Of a stretch of DNA of 64,000 nucleotides, positions 10,035 to 18,900 are shown one piece after another; within the stretch, counting starts at the first letter, position 1, and every line of letters starts with the position of its first letter. The position numbers and the translations under genes are program-made. The notes under the pieces were generated by a model. The model did no database searches, had not been told where the DNA came from, and saw nothing but the letters and a program-made list of their open reading frames with translations. Location of the stretch: assembly GCA_963782055.1 (NCBI GenBank), contig CAWAIF010000003.1, forward strand, positions 160,001-224,000. Reading direction: 5' to 3'. Origin of the DNA: an uncultured delta proteobacterium. GTDB lineage: Bacteria; Myxococcota_A; Polyangia; Polyangiales; Polyangiaceae.

Positions 10035-11174
10035 ATGTCGCGCTTCCTCCGCGTGCTCCTCGCCTTCACCGTGCTCTCCCACCTGGCCCCGGCGGTGGGC
10101 GTGGCGGAGGGCGCGCGCCGGGCGCACATGCCCTGGCCCTGGGCGTTCGGCGTGGCGCTCCTGGTGGGCGGGGTCGGCCTCTTCCTCGGGCGCGCGCGCG
10201 TGGGCGTCTCCGACTTCCGCCGCCACCCCCTGGCCGTCGCGCTGGTGGACATGCCCTACTACGTGCACTGGTGCGCGTGCCTGCTCTCCTTCGTCCCGTC
10301 GCTCGTGGCGCTGCTGGTGCTCCCGCTCGTCGACCTGATCCGCGGCGCGCCGGCGACACTCCCGCGCGGCGCCTTCCTCTGGATCTACGTCACCGGTCTG
10401 GTGCTCAGCACGTACGGCGTGCTGATTCGCCGGCGCGCCTTCGTCGTGCGGCGCGTGGAGGTCCCGGTCGACGGCCTGCCGCAGGCGTTCGACGGCTACC
10501 GCATCGCGCACCTGTCCGACCTGCACATCGGCGCGCACACGCCCAAGACGTGGGGCCTGCGCTGGACGCGGGCCGCCAACGCCCTGGACCCGCACCTCAC
10601 CGTCGTCACCGGCGACATGGTCACCAGCGGCACCGTCTTCCACGACGAGATCGCCCAGGTGGTCTCCACGCTCCGCGCCCCCGACGGCGTCGTCGTCTCG
10701 ATGGGCAACCACGACTACTTCGGCGAGGGCGAGCCGCTCATCTCCCTGCTGCACGAGGTCGGCGCGCGGGTGCTCCGCAACGAGGGCACCTTCCTCGAGC
10801 GGGAAGGCGAGCGCGTGTACCTCGCCGCCATCGACGACACCTGGACGCGCCGCGCCGACATGGATCGCGCGCTCGCAGGGCGACCGGAGGGGATGAGCAC
10901 GGTGCTCCTGGCGCACGACCCCGACCAGTTCCGCGCGGCGGCGAAGCGCGAGGTGGACGTGGTGCTGAGCGGCCACACCCACGGCGGGCAGGTCGCGATG
11001 CCCTTTCTGGCCCGGCACATCACGCCGAGCAAGCTCTCGCACGAGTACCACCTCGGCCTGTACCGCCGCGGTCGCAGCACCCTCTACGTGCACCCCGGCC
11101 TGGGCACGACGGGCCCGCCCATCCGCATCGGCGTCGCCCCCGCGGTCGTCCTCATCACCCTGCGCGCGGTCTGA
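10035..11174 (+). CDS. membrane-associated metallophosphoesterase (YkuE/YaeI-like)
   Basis: SDLH, TGD, GNHD, LAH, SGHTHGGQ motifs after N-terminal TM helices; start could be 9960. Confidence 0.92.
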   Translation: MSRFLRVLLAFTVLSHLAPAVGVAEGARRAHMPWPWAFGVALLVGGVGLFLGRARVGVSDFRRHPLAVALVDMPYYVHWCACLLSFVPSLVALLVLPLVDLIRGAPATLPRGAFLWIYVTGLVLSTYGVLIRRRAFVVRRVEVPVDGLPQAFDGYRIAHLSDLHIGAHTPKTWGLRWTRAANALDPHLTVVTGDMVTSGTVFHDEIAQVVSTLRAPDGVVVSMGNHDYFGEGEPLISLLHEVGARVLRNEGTFLEREGERVYLAAIDDTWTRRADMDRALAGRPEGMSTVLLAHDPDQFRAAAKREVDVVLSGHTHGGQVAMPFLARHITPSKLSHEYHLGLYRRGRSTLYVHPGLGTTGPPIRIGVAPAVVLITLRAV

Positions 11175-11183
11175 ACCCGCCCG

Positions 11184-13736
11184 TCAGTAGAAGCCGTCGA
11201 GCGAGACCCACTCCATCCGCGCCATCGGCTCTTCCGGCGTGTACACCGCCATCGGGGCGATCGCGCGGACCGCTCCGGCGATCTGCGGCGGCAGGCCGGC
11301 GGCGACGAAGGCCTGGGTGGCGAGGTCCGACCCGCCGATGCCCAGCACCTTCTCCACGAGCGACTGCTGCACCTCCGGCTCCTCGACGATGGGCGCGTCG
11401 CTCGGCAGGTGAGCCAGGGCGCGCGCCTCGTCCAGCGCCTCGCGCAGGCCGGCGAGGCGGTCCACCAGGTGGTGCTCGATGGCCTCCTGCCCCGCCCACA
11501 CGCGGCCCTGACCCACCGCGTCCACCTGCGCCTTGGTCATGTTGCGGCCGGTGGCCACGCGCTCGAGGAACATGTCGTAGAACTGCCCGACCTTGCGCTG
11601 CAGCTCCTTCTTCTCGTCGTCGGTGAAGGGCCGGAAGAGCGACTCGGCGTCGGCGCGGGGCGCCGTCTTGTAGGTGTCCGTCGTCACGCCGATCTTCTTC
11701 ATCAGGCCGCTCAGGTCCGCCTTGCCGTAGAAGATGCCGATGGACCCCGTGACGGTGAGCGGCAGCGCGTAGATCTGCTTCGCGGCGGCGGCGACGTAGT
11801 ACCCGCCGCTCGCCGCGACGCCGCCCATCGAGACGACGACCGGCTTCTTCTGCGCGAGGAGCCGCAGCTCCCGCCACATGACGTCGGCGGCCATCGACGA
11901 GCCGCCGGGGCTCTCGATGCGCACCACGACCGCCTTCACGCTGCCGTCGTCGCGCAGGTGGTGGATGGTGTCGGCGATGGTGTAGGAGCCGCAGAGCTTG
12001 ATGCCGAGCAGCGGGATGGTCTGCGAGCGGCCGTCGACCATGTCGCCGTCGATGTAGAGGATCGCCAGCTTGGAGCGCGCGCCGAACTGCTCCGGCGCCT
12101 TGGTGACGGGCGAGTCCTTCTCCAGCGAGACCTTGCGGCCGACGACCTCGCCGGCGACGCGCTCCAGCTCGTCGTCGAAGGCGAAGCCGTCGACGAAGCC
12201 CGCGTCCTTCGCCTCCTGCGCGACGAAGGGTCCCTTGCGCGTCACCTCGCGCACGTGGCTCTCGGTGAGGTGCCGGCCGTTGGCGAGGTTCTTGACGAAC
12301 ACCGCCTCGTCGTTGGCGAGCATGTCCTCGTGGTCCGCCGCCGCGACGGAGCTGGCGTGCTCGTTGGTGAGCTGCTCCGGCGCCGTCTTGTGGGCGCCGA
12401 TGCGCACGAACTGGGCCTTGATGCCCAGCTTCTGGAGCAGCCCGGCGAGGTAGAGGTACGTCGCGTGCAGGCCCGCGTAGCGGACGCCGCCCGCCGGGTT
12501 GATGACGATGCGGTCGGCGTTGGCGCACACGTAGAGCGAGGGTGCGCCGTTGTCCTCCAGGCTGCAGATGACCTTCTTGCCGCGCGCGCGGAGCACACGG
12601 AAGGCGTCGGCGAGCTCCTCGGCGTGCGCCCACGAGTTGACCGGCGAGGTGCGGAAGGACATCACCACCGCCGCCACCTCCGGGTCCTTGCTGAGCGCCC
12701 AGAGCCGGCGCAGCAGCCGGACGTGCCCGCGCGTGCCCGGCGTCGACTCTATCCGGATGCCCACCGCCCGCGCGGGGATGGGCAGGCCGGGCTGCTGGTA
12801 GCCGGCGATGGACGCCGTGCCGTACTCCCCGAGCTCGCTGCCGCCCAGGCCGCTGCCGAAGAGCACGCCGCCGCCGGCGGTGTAGCGCGAGAGGGCGATC
12901 TCCAGGCCCGCCGTCGCCACCACCCCGCGCTTCTGGTCGTTCTCCAGGTGGGCGATGGCGAGGTCGCCGCGCGCGCGGCCGACACCCGGGATGTCCACGC
13001 CGAGGGTGAGCCGGGGTAGCCACAGATCGCTGTCCGTCGCGCCGGAGCCCTGGCGGTAGGTCATGTCGAAGTCCAGCTCCACGTTGCGCTTGCCCGCCGG
13101 CCGGAACGCCACCGCCCCGACGAAGCTGCGGTCCAGCACCACCTGCCCACCCGGGAAGGCCTGCGCGCTCTGGTTCAGGTCCTGCGCCACCAGGGACAGC
13201 CCGATGTGCGGGTCCGGCCGGTACGTCGCCCCGAGGGTCAGGCCCACGAGCCCGTTCGTCACCGCGCTGGTGGAGAAGGAGCCCTGGATGCTCCCGCCGA
13301 AGGACAGCGCGTCGTTCAGCTTGTAGGCGAGGCCCCAGGTGAGCCAGGTGAAGGTGCTGTCGCGGTAGAGCGGGTTCGCCCTGTCCGGCGGGATCTCGTA
13401 GTCCACGCGCAGCCCGCTGGAGAGCCCGAACACCAGCGGCGTCGCCGCCTCCAGCACGTGGCCGCAGTTGATCTTCGTCGTGTCGTAGCAGAACACGCCG
13501 TCGTACCGGACCTCCCACGAGGGCAGGTGAGCCAGGTTCGCCGGGTTGACGCGCAGCGCCTCCGCCCCGTCCTCCCCCGCAGCGCTCCGTCCGAGCGCGT
13601 CCACCCGCTCCGCGCGCGAGACGATGGGCTGATCCGCGCGCGCGCGGCCGGGGGCGAGGGCGAGCGCGCACGCCGCGACCGCGGTGCCCGCGACCAGTTT
13701 GCGGGCGCGCGATGAGTGCAGTTTGCAACCTTTCAT
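11184..13736 (-). CDS. sppA: signal peptide peptidase SppA (two S49 domains) with N-terminal outer-membrane beta-barrel-like domain
   Basis: RIESPGGS, MGGVAASGGYY, TGSIG, GRVWAG and GAHKTAPE; N-terminal signal peptide then ...AEALRVNPANLA and amphipathic strands. Confidence 0.9.
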   Translation of the reverse strand: MKGCKLHSSRARKLVAGTAVAACALALAPGRARADQPIVSRAERVDALGRSAAGEDGAEALRVNPANLAHLPSWEVRYDGVFCYDTTKINCGHVLEAATPLVFGLSSGLRVDYEIPPDRANPLYRDSTFTWLTWGLAYKLNDALSFGGSIQGSFSTSAVTNGLVGLTLGATYRPDPHIGLSLVAQDLNQSAQAFPGGQVVLDRSFVGAVAFRPAGKRNVELDFDMTYRQGSGATDSDLWLPRLTLGVDIPGVGRARGDLAIAHLENDQKRGVVATAGLEIALSRYTAGGGVLFGSGLGGSELGEYGTASIAGYQQPGLPIPARAVGIRIESTPGTRGHVRLLRRLWALSKDPEVAAVVMSFRTSPVNSWAHAEELADAFRVLRARGKKVICSLEDNGAPSLYVCANADRIVINPAGGVRYAGLHATYLYLAGLLQKLGIKAQFVRIGAHKTAPEQLTNEHASSVAAADHEDMLANDEAVFVKNLANGRHLTESHVREVTRKGPFVAQEAKDAGFVDGFAFDDELERVAGEVVGRKVSLEKDSPVTKAPEQFGARSKLAILYIDGDMVDGRSQTIPLLGIKLCGSYTIADTIHHLRDDGSVKAVVVRIESPGGSSMAADVMWRELRLLAQKKPVVVSMGGVAASGGYYVAAAAKQIYALPLTVTGSIGIFYGKADLSGLMKKIGVTTDTYKTAPRADAESLFRPFTDDEKKELQRKVGQFYDMFLERVATGRNMTKAQVDAVGQGRVWAGQEAIEHHLVDRLAGLREALDEARALAHLPSDAPIVEEPEVQQSLVEKVLGIGGSDLATQAFVAAGLPPQIAGAVRAIAPMAVYTPEEPMARMEWVSLDGFY

Positions 13737-13750
13737 GAGTCCCTCGTTCG

Positions 13751-14257
13751 TCACACGAGCGTCGCCAGCTCGCGGAGCGTCGCCGCCTCCGCCTCGAAGG
13801 TGCGCCGCACCTCGGCCAGGATGGCGCGCTCGGCCACCTTCTGTACCACCGGCACCTTCAGCGTCAGCTCCCCCTCCACCAGCCGGCGCGTCCGGTCGCT
13901 CGCCAGCGCCACCAGCCGGTAGGTGCCCTCCGCGTGGAAGTGCTTGCGCCACTCCGGCTTCACGTTGGGCAGGACCGTCCACTTCGCCGAGTGGGTCCGG
14001 ATGGTGTAGGTGGACTGCTCGTCCCAGGAGAGCATCTCCCGCGTGACGACCTTCTGGGCGAAGACCGGGACGCGCACGCTCGCCTGGTAGCTCCAGAGCC
14101 GCTGCAGCACGCCCCCCTCCAGCACGTGCTGCTTCTGCCGGACCTCCTCCATGTTGGTGAGGTGCGTCTTCAGCCTGGAGAAGAGGTCGGGCGAGAGCAC
14201 CGCGAGCTCGATCGCGTCGAGCGGGATCTCGAACTCGTGGATGATCTCGAACCGCAC
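13751..14257 (-). CDS. DUF2505-like (START/SRPBCC fold) protein
   Basis: MRFEIIHEF start; ELTLKVPVV..VAERAI C-terminal pattern. Confidence 0.65.
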   Translation of the reverse strand: MRFEIIHEFEIPLDAIELAVLSPDLFSRLKTHLTNMEEVRQKQHVLEGGVLQRLWSYQASVRVPVFAQKVVTREMLSWDEQSTYTIRTHSAKWTVLPNVKPEWRKHFHAEGTYRLVALASDRTRRLVEGELTLKVPVVQKVAERAILAEVRRTFEAEAATLRELATLV

Positions 14258-14368
14258 GGGCCGGTTAGGCTACCAAGCCGCCCGCCATTCTCCTAGCGCG
14301 GCGCGGCGGAGGGCGGGGAGGGGCGGCGCGTGCCGCAGCAGTCACGCGTCGTCGCTACGACTCGCCAA

Positions 14369-14405
14369 GCCCGACGAGCAGCGGAGGGCCCGCGTGGGGA
14401 GGGGC
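14369..14405 (+). repeat. dispersed REP-like intergenic repeat, copy 1
   Basis: 33/37 identical to 32832..32868. Confidence 0.7.
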
Positions 14406-14454
14406 CCCGCCCAATTCACTTGGGCGGGGAGGGGCGGCGCGTGCTGCCCCTCCC
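14405..14454. terminator. GC-rich stem-loops just downstream of the 14455..16671 gene
   Basis: CCCCGCCCAA-ttcac-TTGGGCGGGG and GGGAGGGGCGGC..GCTGCCCCTCCC; no long U tract. Confidence 0.4.
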
Positions 14455-16671
14455 TCAATTGGGGCTCTTCTGGGCGCAGCGGCCGTTGATGCAGACCAGC
14501 GTGCCGTTGCCGCAGCAGTCGGCGTCGGTCGTGCACTTGTCGAACTCCTGCGCGCACGTGGGCGGGACGGAGTTGCACGTCAGGCCGCCGTCGCCGTCGG
14601 GCTGGCAGTAGCCGCCGCAGCACTCGTCGCCGGTCTCGCAGGAGTTGCCGTCCTGCTTGCACGGGTCGACGACCCAGAAGCCGCGCGAGTTGCCCGCGAG
14701 CAGCTCCTGCGCGGGCAGGTAGAAGGCGGGGTGGCTCGGGTCGGTGCCCGGCGCCGCGTTGAGATCGATCGCCGCGACCCACAGCTTCTTCGTCGTGGGT
14801 GTCTGGCTGATGTCGTGGAAGCGCGGGTCGCTCCAGTACGGGTTGATGGTCGCCACGTTGCCGTAGAGACGCCGGCTGGTGAAGACCACCCACGCGTAGC
14901 CGCCGGACGGAACGGGGTTCACCGTCGGCTCGTAGTTGAGCGTGCTGTCGTCGGCGTGGTTGTTGTTGGCGGTCGGGACGTAGCCCTTGCCGTTGGCGTT
15001 GTCGAGGCGGGTGGCGGTCTGCGTCTTCAGGTCCACCCACCAGAGCTCGGCGTGCGTGCCGTCGTTGGAGCAGCTGTTGGAGGAGTCGCAGCTCGAGCGT
15101 GTCCCCGCCGTGTCGCGCCCGTTGTTGACCGTCTCCAGCTCGTAGACGACGGCGTCGTTGGTCGGCAGGAAGGAGGGCCACCACGCCTTGCCCGACTGCG
15201 GCGTCACCAGGGTGGCGGCGTTGCTGAAGGTCGTCGTCTTGGAGTCGAAGTCCATGGCGGCGAGCGACTTCTGGTCGGAGCCGTTGCCGCCGTAGAAGTT
15301 GTAGGCGACGTGCTTGCCGTCCGGCGAGAACGCGGGCGTGCCGGCCCTCAGGCCGGAGGGCAGGCCGGTGGAGGCCACCGCGCCGCCGCCGGGGAGCGCG
15401 AAGAGCGCGCTCGCCGCGGCGGACAATCCGGAGAGGGGCGCGGCGTTGGAGAAGAGCATCGACCCGTCGGGGAAGATGCCCGGCCACGCGAAGCGCCCGT
15501 CCGCCGGGTTCATGCCCGTCTCGGCGTTGGCGTTCTTCAGGTCGACGTAGATGGAGTGCGAGTAGCCGCTGCCGTCCTCCGTCACCAGGCCGGAGCCGTC
15601 CGCCGCCACGGAGTGGCAGACGCGGCACTTGGTGTTGTCCCCCGCGACCAGCGTGGGCGAGGTGTCTCCGCCGTGGATGCCCAGCGTCGCCCCGCCGAAC
15701 TTCGCCCCGTTCTTGGTGCAGCAGTAGTTCTGCGCGAGGTTGGTCCCGTACGAGTTGTAGTAGACGACGCCCTTGAGCGTACCGCCGGCGACCTTCCACT
15801 TCTCGGTGATGGGCCCGTACGCCGTGTTGCCCTTCGCGAAGACCAGGTCCACCGTCAGGTCCTCGCCGGCGTTGGAGTAGCCCAGCGCCTTCCACACGTC
15901 CTGGGGAATGGGGTGGTGGATGAAGGGCGTCGCCGTCTTGGCGAAGTAGCCCTTGTAGTCCAGCGCCTTCTCGTAGGCGTGGATGTACACGGCGTCGTAG
16001 TCGCCCTGGGCGCCGACGTTCCACTGCATGAGCGGCGCGAGCACACCGCGCGGCCACACGGTCTTGTCGTACGGGTACAGCCAGGCGAGCCCGCTGTCGG
16101 CGACGGGGTTGCCCTGCAGCACGGTGAGCGTCGTGTTGTCGACCGCCGCGCCCGCGCCCTCGCCCCCGACGCCGCCCGCGCCGCCCGCGCCGCCGCCCGC
16201 GTCGCCGGCGTTGGGATCGCCGTTCTGCGTCCAGTCGAGCACCACGGTCACCGTGGTGGTCGCCGTCTTGTTCTTGTAGGTCGCCTTGATGGTGGCGGTG
16301 CCGCCCAGCGTCCCCTTCGGCGTGAAGACGCCCGTCGAGACGTTGATGCTCCCGATCTCGCCGCGGTCGATGGTCCAGGCCGGGCTGACCGGCTGGTTGC
16401 CGAGCATCGCCTGGTAGGTGAGCGTCGGCGGTGCCTGGCCGTGGGTCACGTTCACCGTCGCGTCGACGGGCGCGATGCTGAGCGCCTCGGCGTCAGGGTC
16501 GAAGTTGCCGTCGTCGCCGCCGAACGGGTTGTCGTCGGCCGTCGTGGCGTCGCTCACGCCGCCGTCGTCGCCGACCCCAGAGTCGAAGACCGACGGACCC
16601 ACGTCCTCACCGCACGCGGCCGCCACCGCCGCCACGGCCACCGCGGCGCTCAAGAGCATCCAGGCTTTCAT
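14455..16671 (-). CDS. secreted lipoprotein: Ig-like region, TolB-like beta-propeller, Cys-rich C-terminus
   Basis: AAAC lipobox; PAFSPDGKHVAY, WPSFLP, WVVFTSRR PD40-like repeats; two C-C-CC-C-C modules. Confidence 0.8.
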   Translation of the reverse strand: MKAWMLLSAAVAVAAVAAACGEDVGPSVFDSGVGDDGGVSDATTADDNPFGGDDGNFDPDAEALSIAPVDATVNVTHGQAPPTLTYQAMLGNQPVSPAWTIDRGEIGSINVSTGVFTPKGTLGGTATIKATYKNKTATTTVTVVLDWTQNGDPNAGDAGGGAGGAGGVGGEGAGAAVDNTTLTVLQGNPVADSGLAWLYPYDKTVWPRGVLAPLMQWNVGAQGDYDAVYIHAYEKALDYKGYFAKTATPFIHHPIPQDVWKALGYSNAGEDLTVDLVFAKGNTAYGPITEKWKVAGGTLKGVVYYNSYGTNLAQNYCCTKNGAKFGGATLGIHGGDTSPTLVAGDNTKCRVCHSVAADGSGLVTEDGSGYSHSIYVDLKNANAETGMNPADGRFAWPGIFPDGSMLFSNAAPLSGLSAAASALFALPGGGAVASTGLPSGLRAGTPAFSPDGKHVAYNFYGGNGSDQKSLAAMDFDSKTTTFSNAATLVTPQSGKAWWPSFLPTNDAVVYELETVNNGRDTAGTRSSCDSSNSCSNDGTHAELWWVDLKTQTATRLDNANGKGYVPTANNNHADDSTLNYEPTVNPVPSGGYAWVVFTSRRLYGNVATINPYWSDPRFHDISQTPTTKKLWVAAIDLNAAPGTDPSHPAFYLPAQELLAGNSRGFWVVDPCKQDGNSCETGDECCGGYCQPDGDGGLTCNSVPPTCAQEFDKCTTDADCCGNGTLVCINGRCAQKSPN

Positions 16672-16755
16672 CCGTGCCTCCGGGTAAGCAGCCCGCGTAG
16701 GCGCAGGCCGACCAGCAGAGCTAAAATATCACAGTACGGATGAAACGCGAGAGGT

Positions 16756-17706
16756 TCACTCGTCGGTGGGCTGTGTGAGCTTCCGCGACCAGATAATCGC
16801 GTCTTTCCGCTCACTTCCGAGCTGCAGGTGGTTCTGCAGGAGCCCGGTGCGGCGGAAGCCGTTGAAGGCGAAGGCGGTGGCCATGACGAGATCGTCGCTG
16901 GGGGCCAGGGCGAAGCAGCTCACGATGCCGTCGCCCAGCATCTTGTCGCACATGCAGCGGAGCGCCGCCATGACGGCCAGCTTCTCGTTGTCGGTGCGGG
17001 GGGCGGTGAGCATCTCCAAGAAGGCGTTGCCGAAGCACGCCTGCGACTCCGTCGACGCGATGAGCTCGTAGCCCCCGCGCGCCGTCAGGGAGAAGAAATG
17101 GCGCTGGACGTCGCGGCCGAAGGGCTCGAAGCCGGTGAGGGCGCGGCCTGCCTTCACGGCGGCGGCGACGTGCTTCTTCGCCTCCGTCTCCTTGATGGGC
17201 GAGAGCTTCACGTGGGGGAGCGCCTTGCCGACCATGTCCTTCGCCCGCTTCTTCCCCTGGGCGATGGTGCGCTCCGCCAGATCGTGCGCGCGCGTGTCCA
17301 CCTCCGGCTCCTCCGCCGCCTCTTCGTCGGCGGCGGTGGTCGGCTCGCGCACGGCGATCCGCATCTCGCTCTGCGCGCGCCCGGTGGGCACGACGCTGCA
17401 GCCGAGGAGGAAGGCGTCGCTCCGCTTGTAGAAGCCGGGGATGTTGCCCTCCCGCGCGAAGCCGAGCTTCACCCAGGTGGCCACCTCGTCGCGCTCGACC
17501 AGCGTGTAGATCTTCTCCAGACCCTCGCGCTGCGCGACCGAGAGCACGAACATCCGCTTGGCGTTGCTCGGGCCGGCGCGGAAGTCGATGACGCGCATCG
17601 TCTTGGCGCGCCGATGAATCATCATGCAGAGGGAGACTGCGTTGTTCTGGAAGAAGACCTCTTCAACCGTCTTCTGCTGCGCACCACCCCACGCCTTTGC
17701 CGCCAT
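16756..17706 (-). CDS. tandem GNAT-fold protein, beta-lysine N-acetyltransferase (AblB)-like
   Basis: MRVIDF, GLEKIY, GFAREGNIPGFY..DAFLL and GFRRTGLLQNH..DAIIWSRK resemble the two AblB halves. Confidence 0.6.
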   Translation of the reverse strand: MAAKAWGGAQQKTVEEVFFQNNAVSLCMMIHRRAKTMRVIDFRAGPSNAKRMFVLSVAQREGLEKIYTLVERDEVATWVKLGFAREGNIPGFYKRSDAFLLGCSVVPTGRAQSEMRIAVREPTTAADEEAAEEPEVDTRAHDLAERTIAQGKKRAKDMVGKALPHVKLSPIKETEAKKHVAAAVKAGRALTGFEPFGRDVQRHFFSLTARGGYELIASTESQACFGNAFLEMLTAPRTDNEKLAVMAALRCMCDKMLGDGIVSCFALAPSDDLVMATAFAFNGFRRTGLLQNHLQLGSERKDAIIWSRKLTQPTDE

Positions 17707-17812
17707 CGAAACACCCACCCTTGGTTTCACGAACCCCAGGGGTCCCAGCAACGGGCCGGGGCCGGGAGTCGTGAAAGGTGCCTCATGTGGGGCACCTTTC
17801 AAAAGTGAAAGG

Positions 17813-17842
17813 CGACTACCACGGCATCGTTCGGCAGGTCAA
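17813..17842 (-). promoter_or_regulatory. putative sigma70 promoter of the AblB-like gene
   Basis: - strand TTGACC-N18-TAGTCG with TG extension, followed by a structured leader of about 100 nt. Confidence 0.35.
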
Positions 17843-17969
17843 CGGGAAGCAGTGACAATTCGGCTTCTTAGCGGCCACTCTTGCAGCGGATTCAACCGCT
17901 GCGGGGGCTGAACGCCTGTCCCGCGGGCCGAAGTGACTGAAACCGCTACCAATTCAGATACTTACAGCG

Positions 17970-18899
17970 TCATACCAGGCCGCCGATGTCCGAGGCCGCG
18001 GCGCCCAGTCGGGTGAAGGCGTCGGCGAGGCGCTCCTTCTGGACGGACACCAGCGTGGGCATCCCCCCGGACAGGCCCAGCAGGGAGAGGAAGTTCACCC
18101 CGCTGTCGAAGGGGGCGGCCAGGGAGAGGGTGTCGCGGTCGAGCACCACCGCGACCTCCGCCCGCTGCTGGCCCAGCAGCAGCAGCATGGTCTTGTCGTA
18201 CTGGCCGTGCTGATCGGTGGCGTCCACGAAGACCGCCGTGTGGATGCCGGCCGCGCCGGAGAGCTCCACCCGCCGGAAGCGCTCGGCGATCTTGCGGGCC
18301 TCCCGCTCGATGGCTTCCATCTCGCGGGCGGCGGCGTCGATCGGGGTCCACAGGGACGCGTCCTTCACGCCGGTGGCGAGGTGGCGGACGATGAGCCCGA
18401 ACAGGGCCTGATCGCGCGGGTGCGCGCGGATGGCGCGATCGATGCGCACGGCGGTGGGGCTGGGGGTTCCGAGGCGGGTGTCGATCGCGCGGGCGTCGTC
18501 GTCGGCGCCGGGGTACGGCTCCTCGCCCCCGCGCATCCACTTCGCCGCGCTGCACAGGCCGTCGAAGTCGGTGTGGCAGACGATGGTGTCGACGTGTCCG
18601 ACGCGCTCCACCAGCTCGCGCGTGACCATCTCGGGGCAGGCGCCGTGCTGCGCCTTGGTGGCGAGCACGAAGCGCGGGTCGGCGGAGTAGACCGCGTGGA
18701 GCAGGTGGTCGTGGTGGTCCACCCAGGCCGCCAGGCGGGGGCCGAGCGCCTCGATGAAGGGGCGCGTGAGCTTCTCGAAGCCGCCGCCGGAGGCCTCCGA
18801 CGCGAAGGCCACGTCCAGGACCACCACCCGGCCGGCGAGATTGCGGGCGCGGGGGAGCTTGCGGGGGGTGGCGAAGGCGAGGTCGGGCATCTTCCCCAT
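17970..18899 (-). CDS. DHH family phosphoesterase with permuted motif order
   Basis: VVLD, WVDHHDH, then CHTDFDGLCSAA; start abuts the hisIE stop. Confidence 0.8.
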   Translation of the reverse strand: MGKMPDLAFATPRKLPRARNLAGRVVVLDVAFASEASGGGFEKLTRPFIEALGPRLAAWVDHHDHLLHAVYSADPRFVLATKAQHGACPEMVTRELVERVGHVDTIVCHTDFDGLCSAAKWMRGGEEPYPGADDDARAIDTRLGTPSPTAVRIDRAIRAHPRDQALFGLIVRHLATGVKDASLWTPIDAAAREMEAIEREARKIAERFRRVELSGAAGIHTAVFVDATDQHGQYDKTMLLLLGQQRAEVAVVLDRDTLSLAAPFDSGVNFLSLLGLSGGMPTLVSVQKERLADAFTRLGAAASDIGGLV

Positions 18900-18900
18900 C

